DNA of 64,000 nt from Lama guanicoe (GCA_013239625.1 MU057102.1:2133432-2197431), one strand, 5' to 3'. Positions 41,330-55,890 are shown, counted from the first letter of the stretch. Made by a program: numbers and translations. The notes: generated from the sequence alone by a model not told the origin.

Positions 41330-41480
41330 CTCTCTGCACGTGGCTGGCTAAGTCTAAATCTCACGACAATTAAACAGAATGACAAGTTCAGTTCCTCAGT
41401 TGCACTGGCCACATGTCCCGTGCTCGGCTGCCACCCGTCCTGGCTGGTGCAGACAGAATGCTCCCACCCCTACAGGGCGG
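41330..41480. mobile_element. MER3/MER33-like hAT-Charlie fragment
   Basis: aagttcagttcctcagttgcactggccacatgtcccgtgctcggctgccac resembles MER3 (aattcagttcctcagtcacactagccacatttcaagtgctc). Confidence 0.65.
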
Positions 41481-42265
41481 GGCTGGAGGCGCTGGCCTGG
41501 AGCTTGGGGAGAGAGGGGGCGCGAGTGGTGGGCAGGAGGACCAGCCCAGGCAGCAGAAGGCGGCAGAGGCAACCAGGAAGCCAACCAGAGGCACAGGAGG
41601 GGGTCCTGAGGGACGCATGGGTGCTGAGATGGCGCACCCATGAGACCCAAAGGTGGGCGTGGCAGGGAGAGCTGCCGTGGAGAGCAGTGGCAGGAGTCGG
41701 GCCAGCAGGGGTTAGGGAATGTACGGCCGAAGCAGTGGACAGAGGCTGTGCAACAAAGGTCGGTGTCAGGGAAGCGCGACGCCGACTCGGGTGTAAGCGG
41801 GAGACAGGAGGGCAGCGGGAGGAGCAGCCAAGTCAGAGGAGAGCTCTCAGGGCGGAAGAGACAGAAGAGAGTCAGCACACACAAGGGGGCCCATCCACCT
41901 AAAGCTCACTGTGCAGTTACCACGTGTTCTCAAGCTGACACTACTGAACTGCACGTCAGAGAAAGGCAAAACTGTTGGCCAACATTTCAGGAGAGAGCAA
42001 ATGAGATACCTAGCCAGCAACTTCAGCTCTGCATTCGGGGCCCATGCTCAGAGTCTCCGAGCAAAGTCAGGATCCCTCTCAGAGGCGACAGTGAGTGACA
42101 GATGACACCAAAAGGGCTACAAACTGGATAAGCACATCTGGTGTTCAATCCAGTGTCAAGACAAGAGCCATGTTGTTCACTTACAGCAAAAGAGAGTAAG
42201 GAAGGGTCTCTGGAAGCCCGCGGCGCCACCCGGAGAATTAAAACAGCTGCTGAGTAAGAAGTTAC

Positions 42266-42468
42266 CTTGATCGCCGGTCCAGGAGCCACATCGTCCAGGA
42301 CGTGCGCACAGATATTAAGCACCTTCAGCAGGTGGGAGAAGAGCTGCTCCACCACGGGCACCAGGGCCCGGTCACCCAGAGCCGGCCAGGCCTCCTCCTG
42401 CTTGGTGGCTGTGGGGCTGGCCTCTTCTTCAGAGGTCCACGAACTTCTCAGAGACTTGGGGGCACTGG
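42266..42468 (-). CDS. HTT: HTT exon 26 (203 nt)
   Basis: tcacag|CCAGTG...ATCAAG|gtaact; [15 protein letters not shown]...[30 protein letters not shown]. Confidence 0.97.
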
Positions 42469-43519
42469 CTGTGACACAGGAACATACGTTACTCCCGGCT
42501 CCGCGGTGAGAGGACGTGAGCCATTCAGACCCGTCAGCGCTGAGAGTCTGCTGGACACCTCCGCCGGGGGGCCCACTGATTCCTTGGTTTCAACGGTTCC
42601 CAATTTCCGTGTGTGTCCCCACCACACACCCACCCAGGATGTGACAGAGGCCTCCGGAGCTTTACAACCGAGGTTGAGCTGGTGAGCCAGGCCCGATGCT
42701 GCCTGTTTCACTCTCTCAGTTGGTCTCTTCCCACAGTTCCACAGCCACTGCCTCGCTCAGACTCTCAGTCTTCCTCAACCATGGCACTAACCCCCTGCGT
42801 TCCCTACCTTCCTCCTCCAGCCCGCGCTCACGTCAGCCGAGTCACCCGACTGTTAGTCCTTTCCGTGAAGTTCCCCAATGACCTCCCACAGCAAACAGAC
42901 TTAAGTTCTCACTGGTGGAGACTGGCGACATCCCCACCCCCCTCAACTGCCATGGGCCCTCCCTCACCAGCCACTTTTTTCATCCTAGTCCTCGTCCTCG
43001 TGTGGCATGCAAACTGACGTGCAGCCCTCAAATGCCACACACCTTTTTCACGTCTCCAGCCTTCACACGAGCTGTACCCTCTGTGCGGGGCGCCCTTTGC
43101 TGCCCACTCATGAGTCTCACGTCCCGCCCCAGCCCCCCGCCACTCCCTGCCGCTGCACTTCCGCTCACGGCGGCCCTACAAACCTACCTTCCCCTCAAGA
43201 AGGCAGCCCTCACACCACACCCTCTTACAGCTCCAGTACCCAAGACAGTCCCCTGCACACGGTGCTCACCAAACTGCAATCAGAAGTGAGCTGGCCTACT
43301 ACTAACTGAGGGGCGCGACTGGGGAGGGGCTACTTTAAAATGCTGGGCACAGAAGAGCTGCCTACAGTCCACACTTACACAAGCCGGCAGCGTCTGAAAT
43401 TTTGGACGACAGGAACAAGCCGCCACTGGCAACGACCTCAGTACTTGTCCTCCACGTGCTCGTCACCCCCACCCCGCCACGGGAAACCGGCCATCCCTGC
43501 TTCAGCGCAGCGCCAGTAC

Positions 43520-43671
43520 CTGCAAGCAGGTTCCCGGCCAAAATCAAAGCATCCTGATGCGCCGAGAGGTCCAGCGGGAACCAGGCTGACGAGAGCAGGG
43601 TAAGGATCACGGTGACCATCCCGACAGTGCAGCTCTTCCTAGACTCGTCGGAGGCGCTCAGCGGGGGCACT
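43520..43671 (-). CDS. HTT: HTT exon 25 (152 nt)
   Basis: ccttag|AGTGCC...TTGCAG|gtactg; [50 protein letters not shown]. Confidence 0.97.
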
Positions 43672-44656
43672 CTAAGGGCAGACATTCGCAAGGTCCAACT
43701 ACAGAAAACACGTTAAGCGAACAGTCTTGCTTCCTCTTATGACCCAAACAGAAGGCACTGCACTGTTCATACCAGCTCATAAAGAGGTTTCACTGTGGTT
43801 AACTAACACCTTTTCTATGACCACAGCTCCATAAGTGTCATTTCAGAAGGGAAGTCAGGTAGCAGATCTGATTAAAAGTATTACAACTGTTTACTCTGAT
43901 AACCTTTTAACTTTCTCTAAGTTTTGACTCGGCACATTTTACTCCAACGTCAAAGTTGCTTGGAAGTCAGGTCTAACGTGGGGTCTACGACCCATGCAAG
44001 TGCTCGCTGACTCCCAGACGGAGTACAGGCCACTTCCAGCAAGGTCGGCTGGCCACACACTGACACACGCGCGCGATCTGCAGTTTTCCTTCCAAATGTG
44101 ACGGTGAGTTCCTAAGTCTTCCGCAGTCATCAGTATACATGTGGAAGCCGGCTCCTTAAAGCTGCAGGAGACTCAAGATCATTCTGCAGACGTGCTAGGG
44201 CTGTCTACTGGAAGAGAACCATTTTCACAAGGAAACTGCTGCCGTAGTACCACAGCGCCTACATTACACTCCTACAGCTGATCATGATTTTGAATGTCAG
44301 GTCACATTTGAGCTTAAACAAAAAGTGATTCTAAATTTTTAAACAGTGGAATCAAGCCAATCAGAAAAGTCTTTTGTCAGCATATACAAATTCCCTTAAA
44401 TGAACCTGCATATCACACCTTCAAAACCCTCCAAAATGCCTAGAAGTGAGTATCTGACATCCATTAGGAGCACAACTAATTCAGCATTTCCCAACAGCTT
44501 CTATCACTAGTTTCCCACACAACTAATAGGGCAGAGGCAAGTATTTCACTAAAGATTTTCCCAAAAGGTCAAACTGATCAAAGATTTAATAAGAAAGGGC
44601 TCCCCAGAACTGCCCCACATCGCCGTAGACGGCCGCGCGCCGAGGGAAGTACATAC

Positions 44657-44733
44657 CCGCAGTGCCAGCCTAGGCTCCAAACGCACACTGGGAAGGCGGC
44701 GGAGAGAAGACACAGAGCTTCGCAGCATCCAAA
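44657..44733 (-). CDS. HTT: HTT exon 24 (77 nt)
   Basis: cttcag|TTTGGA...TGCGG|gtatgt; FGCCEALCLLSAAFPVCVWSLGWHCG. Confidence 0.96.
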
Positions 44734-45019
44734 CTGAAGAGAGCAAAGATAAAACCACAGCCAAACGACATAAAGGGTTTATTAAATTGAACCCCCTCTT
44801 CCCTTTACAGAAAGCACAAACAATGAAAACAAAATTGAGAGAGCTATACACGACGACAGGGAATCCGCCCTCCCACAGCCCAAACTCATGCCTTCCGAGG
44901 CACGGCTGGACAACGGAGACACGGGTTACAGCCCAGCGAAGTCTGCGCCTTCGCCTGGAACTCAGTTGTCGTCCTGTGTCACCCCTGCCCGCAACACCCT
45001 TCCTCCCTCTGCCCGGTCT

Positions 45020-45155
45020 GTGCCTGCGCTCACGCTAATGTCCCTCTCCCTGACCGGACTGCAGGGACCACTAGGGCAGGGACCTTCTCTGCTTTTACAT
45101 CCCAAGCCTAAAACGGCATCTGACATGAGTGGGCCACGATGAACACGAACAAGTA
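45020..45155 (+). mobile_element. L2 3' end fragment
   Basis: tgtccctctccctgaccggactgc...agggcagggacc...catcccaagcctaaaacggcatctgacatgagt. Confidence 0.55.
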
Positions 45156-46056
45156 GAGTTTGTGGTATTTTGAACAAATCAAGGGAAGACCGAACTACAG
45201 AGAGCCCAAACAATGTTTAGGTGTGAAAGACTCTTACACATTCATTAAGACACTCTAGTCATCAGTTTCTGAGTTTTTACAACATGCAAGCACTTCCTCT
45301 GTCACATAAGATAAGCGACAAGGTTCAACCTGGTAATCAGCAAATCAGCACTACTTCTGTGTAACCTCCTTTTTTCCTGATCATGAAAGTTATACTTGCT
45401 CATTTCAGAAAATTTGTGAATATCTGCAAAACATAACCATTCGTAATCCTCAAACTTAACTTTGGTAATGTTCTGCCGATCATTTTCCTGAGCCTGTGAG
45501 AAACGTATACATGTGGACACTGTTCTTCACAACTGCACGTAAGCACAGGTTTGTGCTGTGCCTTTTCGCTCGATATTACAAGCCAGGTCACCTCTCCACA
45601 GATTGTTAAAAAGCCTCCAAAGCATTATTTGACAGCTGCACAGTAAACACATGCCTACGTTTACAGAACTTAGTCACAGTCAGAACTTACTCACTCTTAG
45701 ACTCTTGGACATTACGGTTCTTTTGCAATTTCAGCATCATAAGTAATGATACAGATAATCAAACACAATAAAAATCTTTGTTGGCATTTCTGATTTCTCC
45801 CCCTTGGTGTGTGTTATAAAGTCCCTGAATCATACATATTAGAGAGATTTTAAACTTCTGATATATTACCAATTCAGATTACGGTAGTTTTTTTCACTTT
45901 TACGTCTTCCTAGATCGGCTGAATTTTTTCACAATGAGCACATATTACTTTAATAATCAGGGAAAAAAACAGTTGTTTCCACCCCCACTGGAATAAACCA
46001 GGGCTCTTGTTCACAGACGCGCAGCTTCTCGGCCAGCCACACTCGTAAGAGCCCTA

Positions 46057-46284
<228 letters not shown>

Positions 46285-47927
46285 CTATTAAAGTTTATGA
46301 CATTTTCAAAATTCAAATGGCATTTAGAATTTTAAGATTAAAGTCCACAAGAAGTTAAAGCAGTCTTGACTTTTACATGAAAGGAAGACTGGAAGTAAGC
46401 GAGGTCATCATTCTACAAAAATGGCTGAAGCTGCCGACCCTGCCCCCCCCCCAGCCTGCCCCGACCGCAGCAGCGCTCTCCCCAGCGGGGCTTCGCCTGC
46501 AGACTCGCTCCAGCCCAAAGCCGCCCATTTCTGAAGCTTCAGCTTAGAAGTCTCGTACCTACTCCCGACCCGGACTGAGGAAGTCCTTCCCACTGCTGGG
46601 CTCCGCCACTTCCCCTGCTCACCTGCAGCGCACGCCCCTTTCAGCCCCTCCCTGCAGTTACATCCAAACTCTCACTCCCCAACTACGCCGATGAAGCCCA
46701 CGCAGGATGAGAGTTGATGCGCTCTTGTCTCCCTCGGTGCCCGTCCACAAGGCACTCGACAAAGAACGCAGGACTCCACTCCACCCTCTCCCACCGACCC
46801 CGCGGCAGCAGACAGAGCTGCATGGCTGGTCCTCGCGGGACTCAGGCAAGGACCCAAGAAACGGCCCAGTGGCAAGAGGGCAGCCCGAGTCTGGGACTGA
46901 GAAATTTTTCAAAATAGTAGTTAGTAACCAGTTTCAATGAAATATTATACCCATCTCTGTTGGCACCTAAATACTCATTTTCTAAAATGACATTTAGTTA
47001 GAAAACAGCAAGCTTGTTGACAAGCAGCCACCCTAAGCGTTGTCAAATTCCTGAGAATGAAATATTCTTACATTGCTTCTGCTTATCTTAAAGAAATATT
47101 TACCCTGAATCTTTTCAAAGGGAGAAAATTAGGTTAAAACAAGGGAATTCTCTGAAAAGTTATTTCCTTGTGTTTTTCAAGCAGTCTTTACATTAGCAGA
47201 GATGACACCTATTTAGGAAAAGCAGCTTCAAAATTTGACAAGCTAAGTTCCAAATTCAGAAGAAAAGATCAAATGAACATTCCAGCTCACAAGGTCATTT
47301 AGTTCAAGTTTTTAAAAAAATTGTCACTCACGAGAAAAAAAAGACCATACCAAGCTAATTTTAAAAATAACACTTGAAACAGAGAGAGGTATTTTTAAAA
47401 AGGCATAATAGTCTTATCGCTTCTGCAGCCTTCTTGGCAAACTGGAATTCTAAAGAAAATTATAACTTCATTAAAACATTTCTGCTCTAATTATTTTTAT
47501 AATCTATGCCGACTCATCTGGGAATCAGGTAAGAATGGGCTGTGTACAGTCATTTGAAGTTGTATTTAAAAGACTCTCACAGAAGATGTGAATAATAATT
47601 GTAAGTCACTGAACTAGGCGCTAACCCTAAGTAACTCTGATGCTCTTCACAGCCCCTCACCTAGACACTCCTGGGCGGGACACAGCCGTGCTCTTCACGG
47701 ATCGCACAGAGACAGTGGACGTCTTCACGGACAAGTGCTAGACAACACACAGCGTGAGTGACCTGGTCCTACAGGAAAGTACGCTTGTCAGCGTGCGCGT
47801 GTAACAAACTCTGAGCCTTGTGACGTCCCTGAGGGGTGACTACGGCTCAGCCTGAACAGAGATGGGGTGCAAGACCCTGGAACAGAGACTTCCTAGCAAG
47901 GGAAGACCACCTACCCAAACACCCTCA

Positions 47928-48254
<327 letters not shown>

Positions 48255-48929
48255 TCAGCATCAACAAGCCACCGTCCTCAGGAAGCGCTGAGCACAGAGC
48301 ACATCTGAATGCCACAGGCTGTCCCTTACTTTTTTGACTCTGTTGGCACGAGTGACCCACAACTCCCAGGTGGCAGAGCTCCAGCTGAGACCCCCACAGA
48401 CTAACTGAGCTCCGAGGCAGAATACAGAACAGGAGGGCTCACTTCTGCGAGGGGCACTCCCCGCAGGCTGTGCACGAGTGCGCTCACACACCTACTGGTG
48501 GTCACGTAACTTGCAGAAACAATCATTTTATCACATTGGTTTGCAAAGCCCATGAGCTTTAGTTAAAGTCTCCTCCATGAAGACCTGGTCATGAGCACAA
48601 TCTTTTTCTAAGGCATAATAAATTGCTATCGTTCACAGAAAACAGTAAAGATCCAAAATCTCTGATCAGGCAAGTCATACAAATCCAGTTCAGCACATGA
48701 AAAGGTGCACCTCACAAGTAATCAAAGTGAGCAGGCAGCAACAACGAACGCTGAGATGACGGCCCCCAAAATGTACCTCTGCTTTTCTCTGAGTAGTTTG
48801 ATTACAAAGATTTTTATTTCCTGTTTTACAGCTTCCCTAAATTTTGTTTGAATGTATTAGTTTTAAAATAGGATAAAAGTCGTTTTAAAAAAGAAATACC
48901 AATGTCTGCTGAAGCAACAGACCCGTACT

Positions 48930-49580
48930 GAACTTATTTTGAAACACTTGTTTTGGTGAGAAGACTCGGGCACAATCACACGCTGGCAGTGGGAGTGTGA
49001 GCTGACACGTTCCTGGAGAGCAACTTCACACTGAGGCATCAAACCTACGAACAGCCACATCTACGTATCCACCCAAGAGATGCTGCAAACATACAAAGTC
49101 TTCAGGGCAAGGGTTCAAGCAGCACGATTCACAGCAGTCAGAAAGTGGAAATAACAATGTCCCTAGGAGTGTCTAAATGAAGTGTCATCCACATGACAGA
49201 GCACTATTCAGCAATAAAGAGAACAGACTGCTGGAGCCTGCTACACAGCGTGGACAAGACCTCAAAAAGCAACCACAGGAGCCGGACAGAAAGCCGTCTG
49301 CTCACTGCGTGATGCCGTTTATAGAAAAAGGCACAGAAGAGCCAGTCTCCGGAGGCAGGAAGCAGATCAGAGGTTGCCTGAGGCTGGGTGGGAACTGGGA
49401 GTTACTACTGCACACGGGCACAACAGATCTCTCTGGGATTATGGAAATGTTCCAGAAATGGACTGTGGTGAAGACTGCACAACTCTATATGTTTACCAAA
49501 AATCATTTAATTGTACACTTTAAATGGGTGAATTTTAAAGAGATGTAAAATTACACCTTAATAAATCTGTTAGAAAAAAA
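48930..49580 (+). mobile_element. Old L1ME/MB 3' UTR fragment
   Basis: cacgctggcagtgggagtgtga...aaaatcatttaattgtacactttaaatgggtgaattt...cttaataaatctgttagaaaaaaa. Confidence 0.8.
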
Positions 49581-50343
49581 CGTCAAAAAGCTGGCTTGGC
49601 CTATAATTCCAGGAATTAATACTAAGGAAAAAAATTATGTATAGACATTTATGTATGACAATAGTCACTGAAGTAACATGCATTTTTTACATCAATAAAA
49701 ACTTACTATCTGATCAAACAATATATAAAAATTTACCACAACTTCATACTGAAAAAATGGCCACTAACTAAAATTTTTTTCTTAAAGAGCAGTTACAGCC
49801 TTTACTTATCTCGCGCTGTTATGAAACGTCATGCGCTTCAGCACAAAAGTATGAATCCTTGAACCCAGGGTGCCACCCAAGCAACAGTGGCAGCTACAAC
49901 TTCTTTTTTAGGAGAATGTTTTTAACAGGAAGATGCCAACGATATACTAAGAGGAAATTACCAGGTAACGCAGTCGCATGTACATCTTGCCCCAACTGTG
50001 AGAGATTAACTCGTACCCAGGACGTGCAGCAGAACACCACCAGCGACTCTCCCCAGAGGGAGCGCCGAAGCCAACGTCTCTCTCCTCCTCAGTGCTACTC
50101 TCTGTATTTCAAAACTGGGGCCATGAAACTTTACTTCGACAACAGGAGGCGAGTACTCTGCTGTTCTCGCTGTCACTTCAGACGCCTGTGAGTGAGTAAG
50201 GCCTTTGCTGACAGTTTCAGGAGTAGCTGAAAGTGAGCTCAAAGCCTCAGCACCGCCCGGGGCCTCTGAGCCGCTCCCTCTTCCACGCGCGCACCTCGCA
50301 CACCAGGCAAAGCGTCACCAAGAGGTGAGCCCTCGGCAGATAC

Positions 50344-50444
50344 CTCGTCAAAGAAGCCGCGGCGACGTGTCGCACCCTGGGGTCTTCATCCCCGAGCAAG
50401 TGGATGACGACGTTATTGAGCACTCGCTCCTGCAGTTTGAGAAA
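50344..50444 (-). CDS. HTT: HTT exon 21 (101 nt)
   Basis: ccaaag|TTTCTC...GACGAG|gtatct; [34 protein letters not shown]. Confidence 0.96.
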
Positions 50445-50676
50445 CTTTGGAAAGAGAGATAATACAAACAGATGAAATCTCTGTATTTACCCAAATGTTA
50501 GGTCAGCTACTTTGGAAAGCCAGTGAGGAAGAACTCAGCCCCACTAGTCTTAAATTCACACGTAACAACCACAACTCTCATGATCGAAACTGTGAAATAA
50601 ACCTAAAACAGAATGCATTCTAAGAAGCTCTGCGCCACTGGGAAGGTGCGTTCCTGGAAGTTAAAACATAGCTTAC

Positions 50677-50740
50677 CCCGGTGTAATGGTGAGCCCCTCT
50701 GTGTAGGCTGTCTGCTTTTGCCTCCAAAAAGCTCACCAAC
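50677..50740 (-). CDS. HTT: HTT exon 20 (64 nt)
   Basis: tgttag|GTTGGT...ACCGGG|gtaagc; [21 protein letters not shown]. Confidence 0.96.
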
Positions 50741-51668
50741 CTAACACAAAAGAACACATTTCACAATGAAACAATTCAGTTACTCGGCAAACGGCCACTG
50801 ATGGATGGCCTGCAAGACTGACCGAGAGTTGAAGGCGCAGGTTGCTGTTAATCCAAGAGCCGTGGAGGGCGGGGTGGGGGGCACCTACTTAAAGGCACAG
50901 AGTGACTAACGTTTTCAAACAAGCAGAATTTACATTCCTCTCATAACTGCAGGCTCAGTCAGATATACTCAGTGAACTATTTTTCTTCAAAATGAATATA
51001 AACATCTGTTATTTTGAAAGACCCCAAGTGCCCTACAGAATGTTCAGCTCAAACACCCACCAAAGAAGTCAGGGGAGCAGATGGTGGGAAGGGGAGCTGA
51101 GACTCGGGCCCTCCCCGCTGACAGGCAGGTCACCCCAGACCCCATGCAGCACCCTGACTTCACGGAGATGTTCCGGGGGTTGAAAGGAAATGCCCATGAG
51201 GGGCACCCAGCCAAGCCGGGCGCATAACAAGTACTCTGTAAGTGGTGGCTTAAAAAACACGAACCCGGACAATAAAGGAAAACTTCCCTTCTGAAAGAAA
51301 GCACTGAAAAAAAAAAACCATTCTGAACCAAAACTTACTCTCAAAAAATGAAAAACTGCAAGAATCAGAAGTTACTTTTTAACTGCAACACGATACAAAT
51401 CAGCAGTCTGACCCACGTTCCTTTTAAACAGCAGAAGTGACATAGGCCACGTTATTTTGGATGTCTGAGCTCCTCTTTCCATCCCGTCCCAGAACTTCAG
51501 TGACGCTGAGGGCAGAGCTGGGGGGAGGCAGCACCAGCCGCGCAGCCCTGACCCTGACCCGGGGCACTCGCTCGGCCGCCTCCGCTGCCCGCACCTGCTG
51601 ACCAGCCCTCCAGCTCACAGGTCACACCTTGGAGCAGCTCTGGTCCTGCGACCCCGTGGTTCACTGAC

Positions 51669-51808
51669 CTGAAGTCGATCTCGGCGAGGGTCTCCAGGAG
51701 CTCAGTCCTCACCAGCCAGTAGGAGCTGCTCCTCAGGGCGAGCAGGTCGGTGATGAGCTGCAGGCCCCACCGGCTGTAGCTGCTGCCGCAGAGAGCAGCA
51801 ACGCAGAG
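51669..51808 (-). CDS. HTT: HTT exon 19 (140 nt)
   Basis: ttgcag|CTCTGC...TTCAG|gtcagt; [47 protein letters not shown]. Confidence 0.96.
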
Positions 51809-52896
51809 CTGCAAGACACGCGGGCGGGCGGGCGGGCATGCGGGCGGCTGGCTCAGGGGCCTCACGACCCTCACACACCCATCCCATCTTCTTCTAACGG
51901 CAGCAGGGATGCTGCACTGCTTCTGCGTCTCAGAAATGTGTAATATCTACTCATCTCAGCAAACATGAGTTTAAAAGTGAGTGAGTGAGTCCCTTTCACA
52001 CAACTCTTCTTCCTCCCGCTTCTGCCCCTGTCACGGCCCCTCCTCCCAGACACCAACCTCGCAAGCACTGCCCAGTGGTAAAGAGGGAGACCGTGTGCCA
52101 CATCACTGCTGCTGCTAAACCCAGGACCCAGGACCCGAGCCCCTTCTGATGTCATCGCCACCCGAGCACACAGGCCAGGGCTTCCTCAGCCGCACCCGTC
52201 CCTGCACCCCAAGCACACACGCGGGCGGGTCCACACGCGGGCTGACACATGCTGACACCCGGTCAGCAACTTCACCTGCTGCCGACACACCTCCCTCTGC
52301 TCCAGGACAGACAGACTGACTGCAACCTGGCAAACATTTGGAACTGAGGAACAGTTCTGGCCAGGCCATGAAATTTCAAGAAGGGAAGGTATCCCATACA
52401 TTTGGTAATTGTAGGGTTTTTATTTTGACTTTTACTGGTTAATTTTGACTGCTGTTGACGGGTCAGTCGTGATTTATGACCCGACTGGTATATACAGTTC
52501 AGCACGTCACCACGCAGAGGATGGAGGCTATTCCGTGACACAAAACAAGGTGAGTAAACAGCCCCAATCTCACTGTAACCCAGTGTTCTATGGGTCTAAG
52601 AGTTGTTTTTCAATTCATCCGATTTTGCATTTAATGTGAGCAAGATACATTTCTAAATATACCCTTTAGGAAAGGTATATTTCATACAAGTATTTTGAGA
52701 ATTATAACTTAAACTAAAGTCTATTAAATTGTTTTGTTGGCAATGTTTTCTTTCTAAGGCTGAGTGGTGGATACACAGATGTTTATCACTGTTTAGAATG
52801 TCTGGGAATATTTAATATTAAGCTCCAGTTTTAATAGTAACGCTGGTAAAACTTCCACTAATCAAAGAAATCATTTCCACAAATGATCATGCTCAC

Positions 52897-52994
52897 CCTT
52901 ACAGCTGTGCAAGCCAACTTGCAAGTAACAGAAGATTCATCCTTCAAAGTTTTCTGCAGCAAAGGAATGCAGTCCGCCAGAGAAAATGTGTTTC
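52897..52994 (-). CDS. HTT: HTT exon 18 (98 nt)
   Basis: gctcag|GAAACA...GTAAGG|gtgagc; [33 protein letters not shown]. Confidence 0.97.
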
Positions 52995-53085
52995 CTGAGC
53001 AGAAGAGCAAGCAACAAGCGCCTTCAGGTCAATCTGAACTTGAGAATGACATCTAGCAAAGACAACACTGGGCAATGGCCGTTAC

Positions 53086-53244
53086 CCGTCAGAGTCCGAA
53101 CGGTGCCCATCCAGTCTCCCGCATGGAAGCGTGACCTGCTGAGGATGGAGGAGACGAGGGTCCCACAGAGAATGGCTGTGGCTCCTCTGACCTGTGGGTC
53201 TCCGTGGTCGATGTAGTTCAACACGTCTGACACGTACTGCTCGT
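53086..53244 (-). CDS. HTT: HTT exon 17 (159 nt)
   Basis: ccgcag|ACGAGC...GACGG|gtaacg; [52 protein letters not shown]. Confidence 0.97.
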
Positions 53245-54015
53245 CTGCGGGGAGAGAGTGCCCAGGCACTGAACCAGTCCCCACCATCAACTTCCCAACT
53301 CAGACGAAAGGCTTAACTCCCAGGGAAGAAAAAGGGCAAGGGTGCAATCCACATCTAGAAAAGACTTAAATACAATAACCACCAGGGGTAAAAAATGTTT
53401 TGGGGTTTAAAGATTCTATATTCATCACATTCCTCATATTATTTGACAGATTATCTGGATTATAATTCCAGATTGTCAGCCAATAATCAAAATTCCAAGA
53501 TTTAATTTCAAAGAAATGATTCGAGAAACTCAGACTAGGCCACACTCAACCTAATAAAAATTCAAAGCACAGGTTTGTCCCCTTGTCCAAAGAGAGAGAG
53601 ACAAAGAGCAGGCAGGAGGCTAACCTGAGGAGTGTGCGGCTTCCCCCCGCCCAACACGTGCGCTGTGGGACGCTGGGCTGCTCCCGCTCCCGCTGGGCCC
53701 AGTTCCCACTTCCCACTGCCTCTGAGTGCGAACACCTGGCGTGGCTGGCATGACCCAAAGCATTCTGATTGTATACAATTTGTGCTTCTGGTATAAATCT
53801 AATACTAGCTCTTATGTTCCCAGATTTCTATAGATTTGTTGTGTGTTTCAACTAAACATCACATCTATAGGGAGTCCAAGAAGCTGAAAACATCACTGTT
53901 TATGTGTTTCCTGGAGAGCTGTAACAGTACAAATGCCACAATCAACTCAGAAAACGTACTGCTCTAAACCTAAAACAGCCAAGATGGTTTGAAATCATTT
54001 TCACAGCAACGGTTA

Positions 54016-54246
<231 letters not shown>

Positions 54247-54423
54247 CTAAACCAGCTGCCCCTCATCCCCTCCTCTCCCCTCCCGTCAGTCAGTGGAAAC
54301 CAAAGCTCGGCCCCAGATTCTACCGCATCTGCTGCAAACACGAGGCACAGAGCTGGTGACCAAGCTGACCTCTGACACCTGAAGGAATTTCCTTCAGCTC
54401 TGCACCTGCCCTTCTATACTTAC

Positions 54424-54535
54424 CATTTTTTTCCCCTGTTAGCAAAAACGAAGCAGATAAAAGGCGGACACAGTGGACAAGAGGAGCAGACTCGTCATCA
54501 GTGGACTGGCCTATGTCCCCTCTGATGCGGCACGG
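54424..54535 (-). CDS. HTT: HTT exon 15 (112 nt)
   Basis: ttccag|CCGTGC...AAATG|gtaagt; [37 protein letters not shown]. Confidence 0.97.
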
Positions 54536-54989
54536 CTGGAACAGAAACACCAAAGAACCAATACACGTGCTCGCCAGTCCGCCCAGCAGACAGCTCCGGA
54601 GCAGCAGCCACGCCGGGCGCGCGGGAGGGACGCCCACTTGGCCCACGCACGCCCGCCCTCACAGGCGCGGCGGGCAGAACTGGACGGGTCATGTGGGCTG
54701 TGTACGGATGAGCTCAGTGGTTAGAGAGGGAGCACCGGACAGGAGCACAGCTGAGACTCGGCATCAGGAAAGACCCTGGGCAAAGCCCGGAGCTGAGAGG
54801 GCGGGGGCCTGGCGCGAGGGCACCCGGCAGGAGCTGCCTGGGCTGCGATAATGACCGAGCATCCGTGGCGGGACGCCGAGGGTGGGACGAAGGACCAAAC
54901 ACTATTTCTCACCCCCAAGGAATTTAAAATTAACTGGGAAGACAGGACACTTACACGGAAAAAGGTAAGCAATACAGAGACATTTTAAA

Positions 54990-55890
54990 AGCAGTTCAAT
55001 AGACAACTCAGTAAGAACAAAAACCCCAAACAGCCTGATTACAAATGCGCAGAGGGCTTGAACAGACGTTTCTCCAAAGAAGACATAAATGGCCAAAAAA
55101 CACAAGAAAAGATGCTTAATATCACTAATCATTTAGAAATTCAAGTCAAAACCACACACCCAGCAGGACGGCTACTCTAAAAAAAACCCCAGAAAATAGT
55201 AAGTGTTGGAGAAGATGGGGAGAAAACGGAGTCCTGGTGCACTGTGATGGGGGAAGGTGAAACGGTACGGCTGCTGTGGAAACAGTATGGTGGCTCCTCG
55301 AAAAATTAAAAATAGAGTTGCCATATGATCTAGCAACTCCACCTCCGCTACGTACCCACAAGAGTTGAAATCAGGGTCGTGATGAGATATCCGTACACCC
55401 ACTGATAGCAACACCACTCACAACAGCCAAAAGGCGGGAGTAACACAAGTGTCCATCAATGAACGAACAGAAAATCGAAGTGCGGTGAACACGTATAAAG
55501 AAATATTTTCCAGTCTTAGAAGGGAAGGAAACTCTGACACCTGCTAAACATGGCTGAACCTTGAGAACATTACGCCGAGCGAAGTAAGCCCGACACAAAA
55601 GGACAAATCCTGCCCACTGATTCCACTGATACGAGGGGCCCAGAGGAGTCCAATCCACAGAGACAGAAAGTAGAGTGGGGGTGGTCAGGGGTCAGGGAGG
55701 GACGAATGGGGAGTCAAGTGTTTAATCAGGTCAGAGTTTCAGTCTGGGAAGATGAAAAAGCTCTGTGCACAGCTGGTGGTGACAGCTGCACAGCAGTGTG
55801 AATGCCCCTAATGCCACTGAACTGTGCACTCAGAAATGGCTGTGATGGTAAATTTCATGTTATGTGTATTTCACCACAATAAACAAATCA
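54990..55890 (+). mobile_element. L1MB-like 3' end, antisense to HTT
   Basis: ttgaacagacgtttctccaaagaagacata...agagttgccatatgatctagcaactccacc...atggtaaatttcatgttatgtgtatttcaccacaataaa. Confidence 0.9.
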
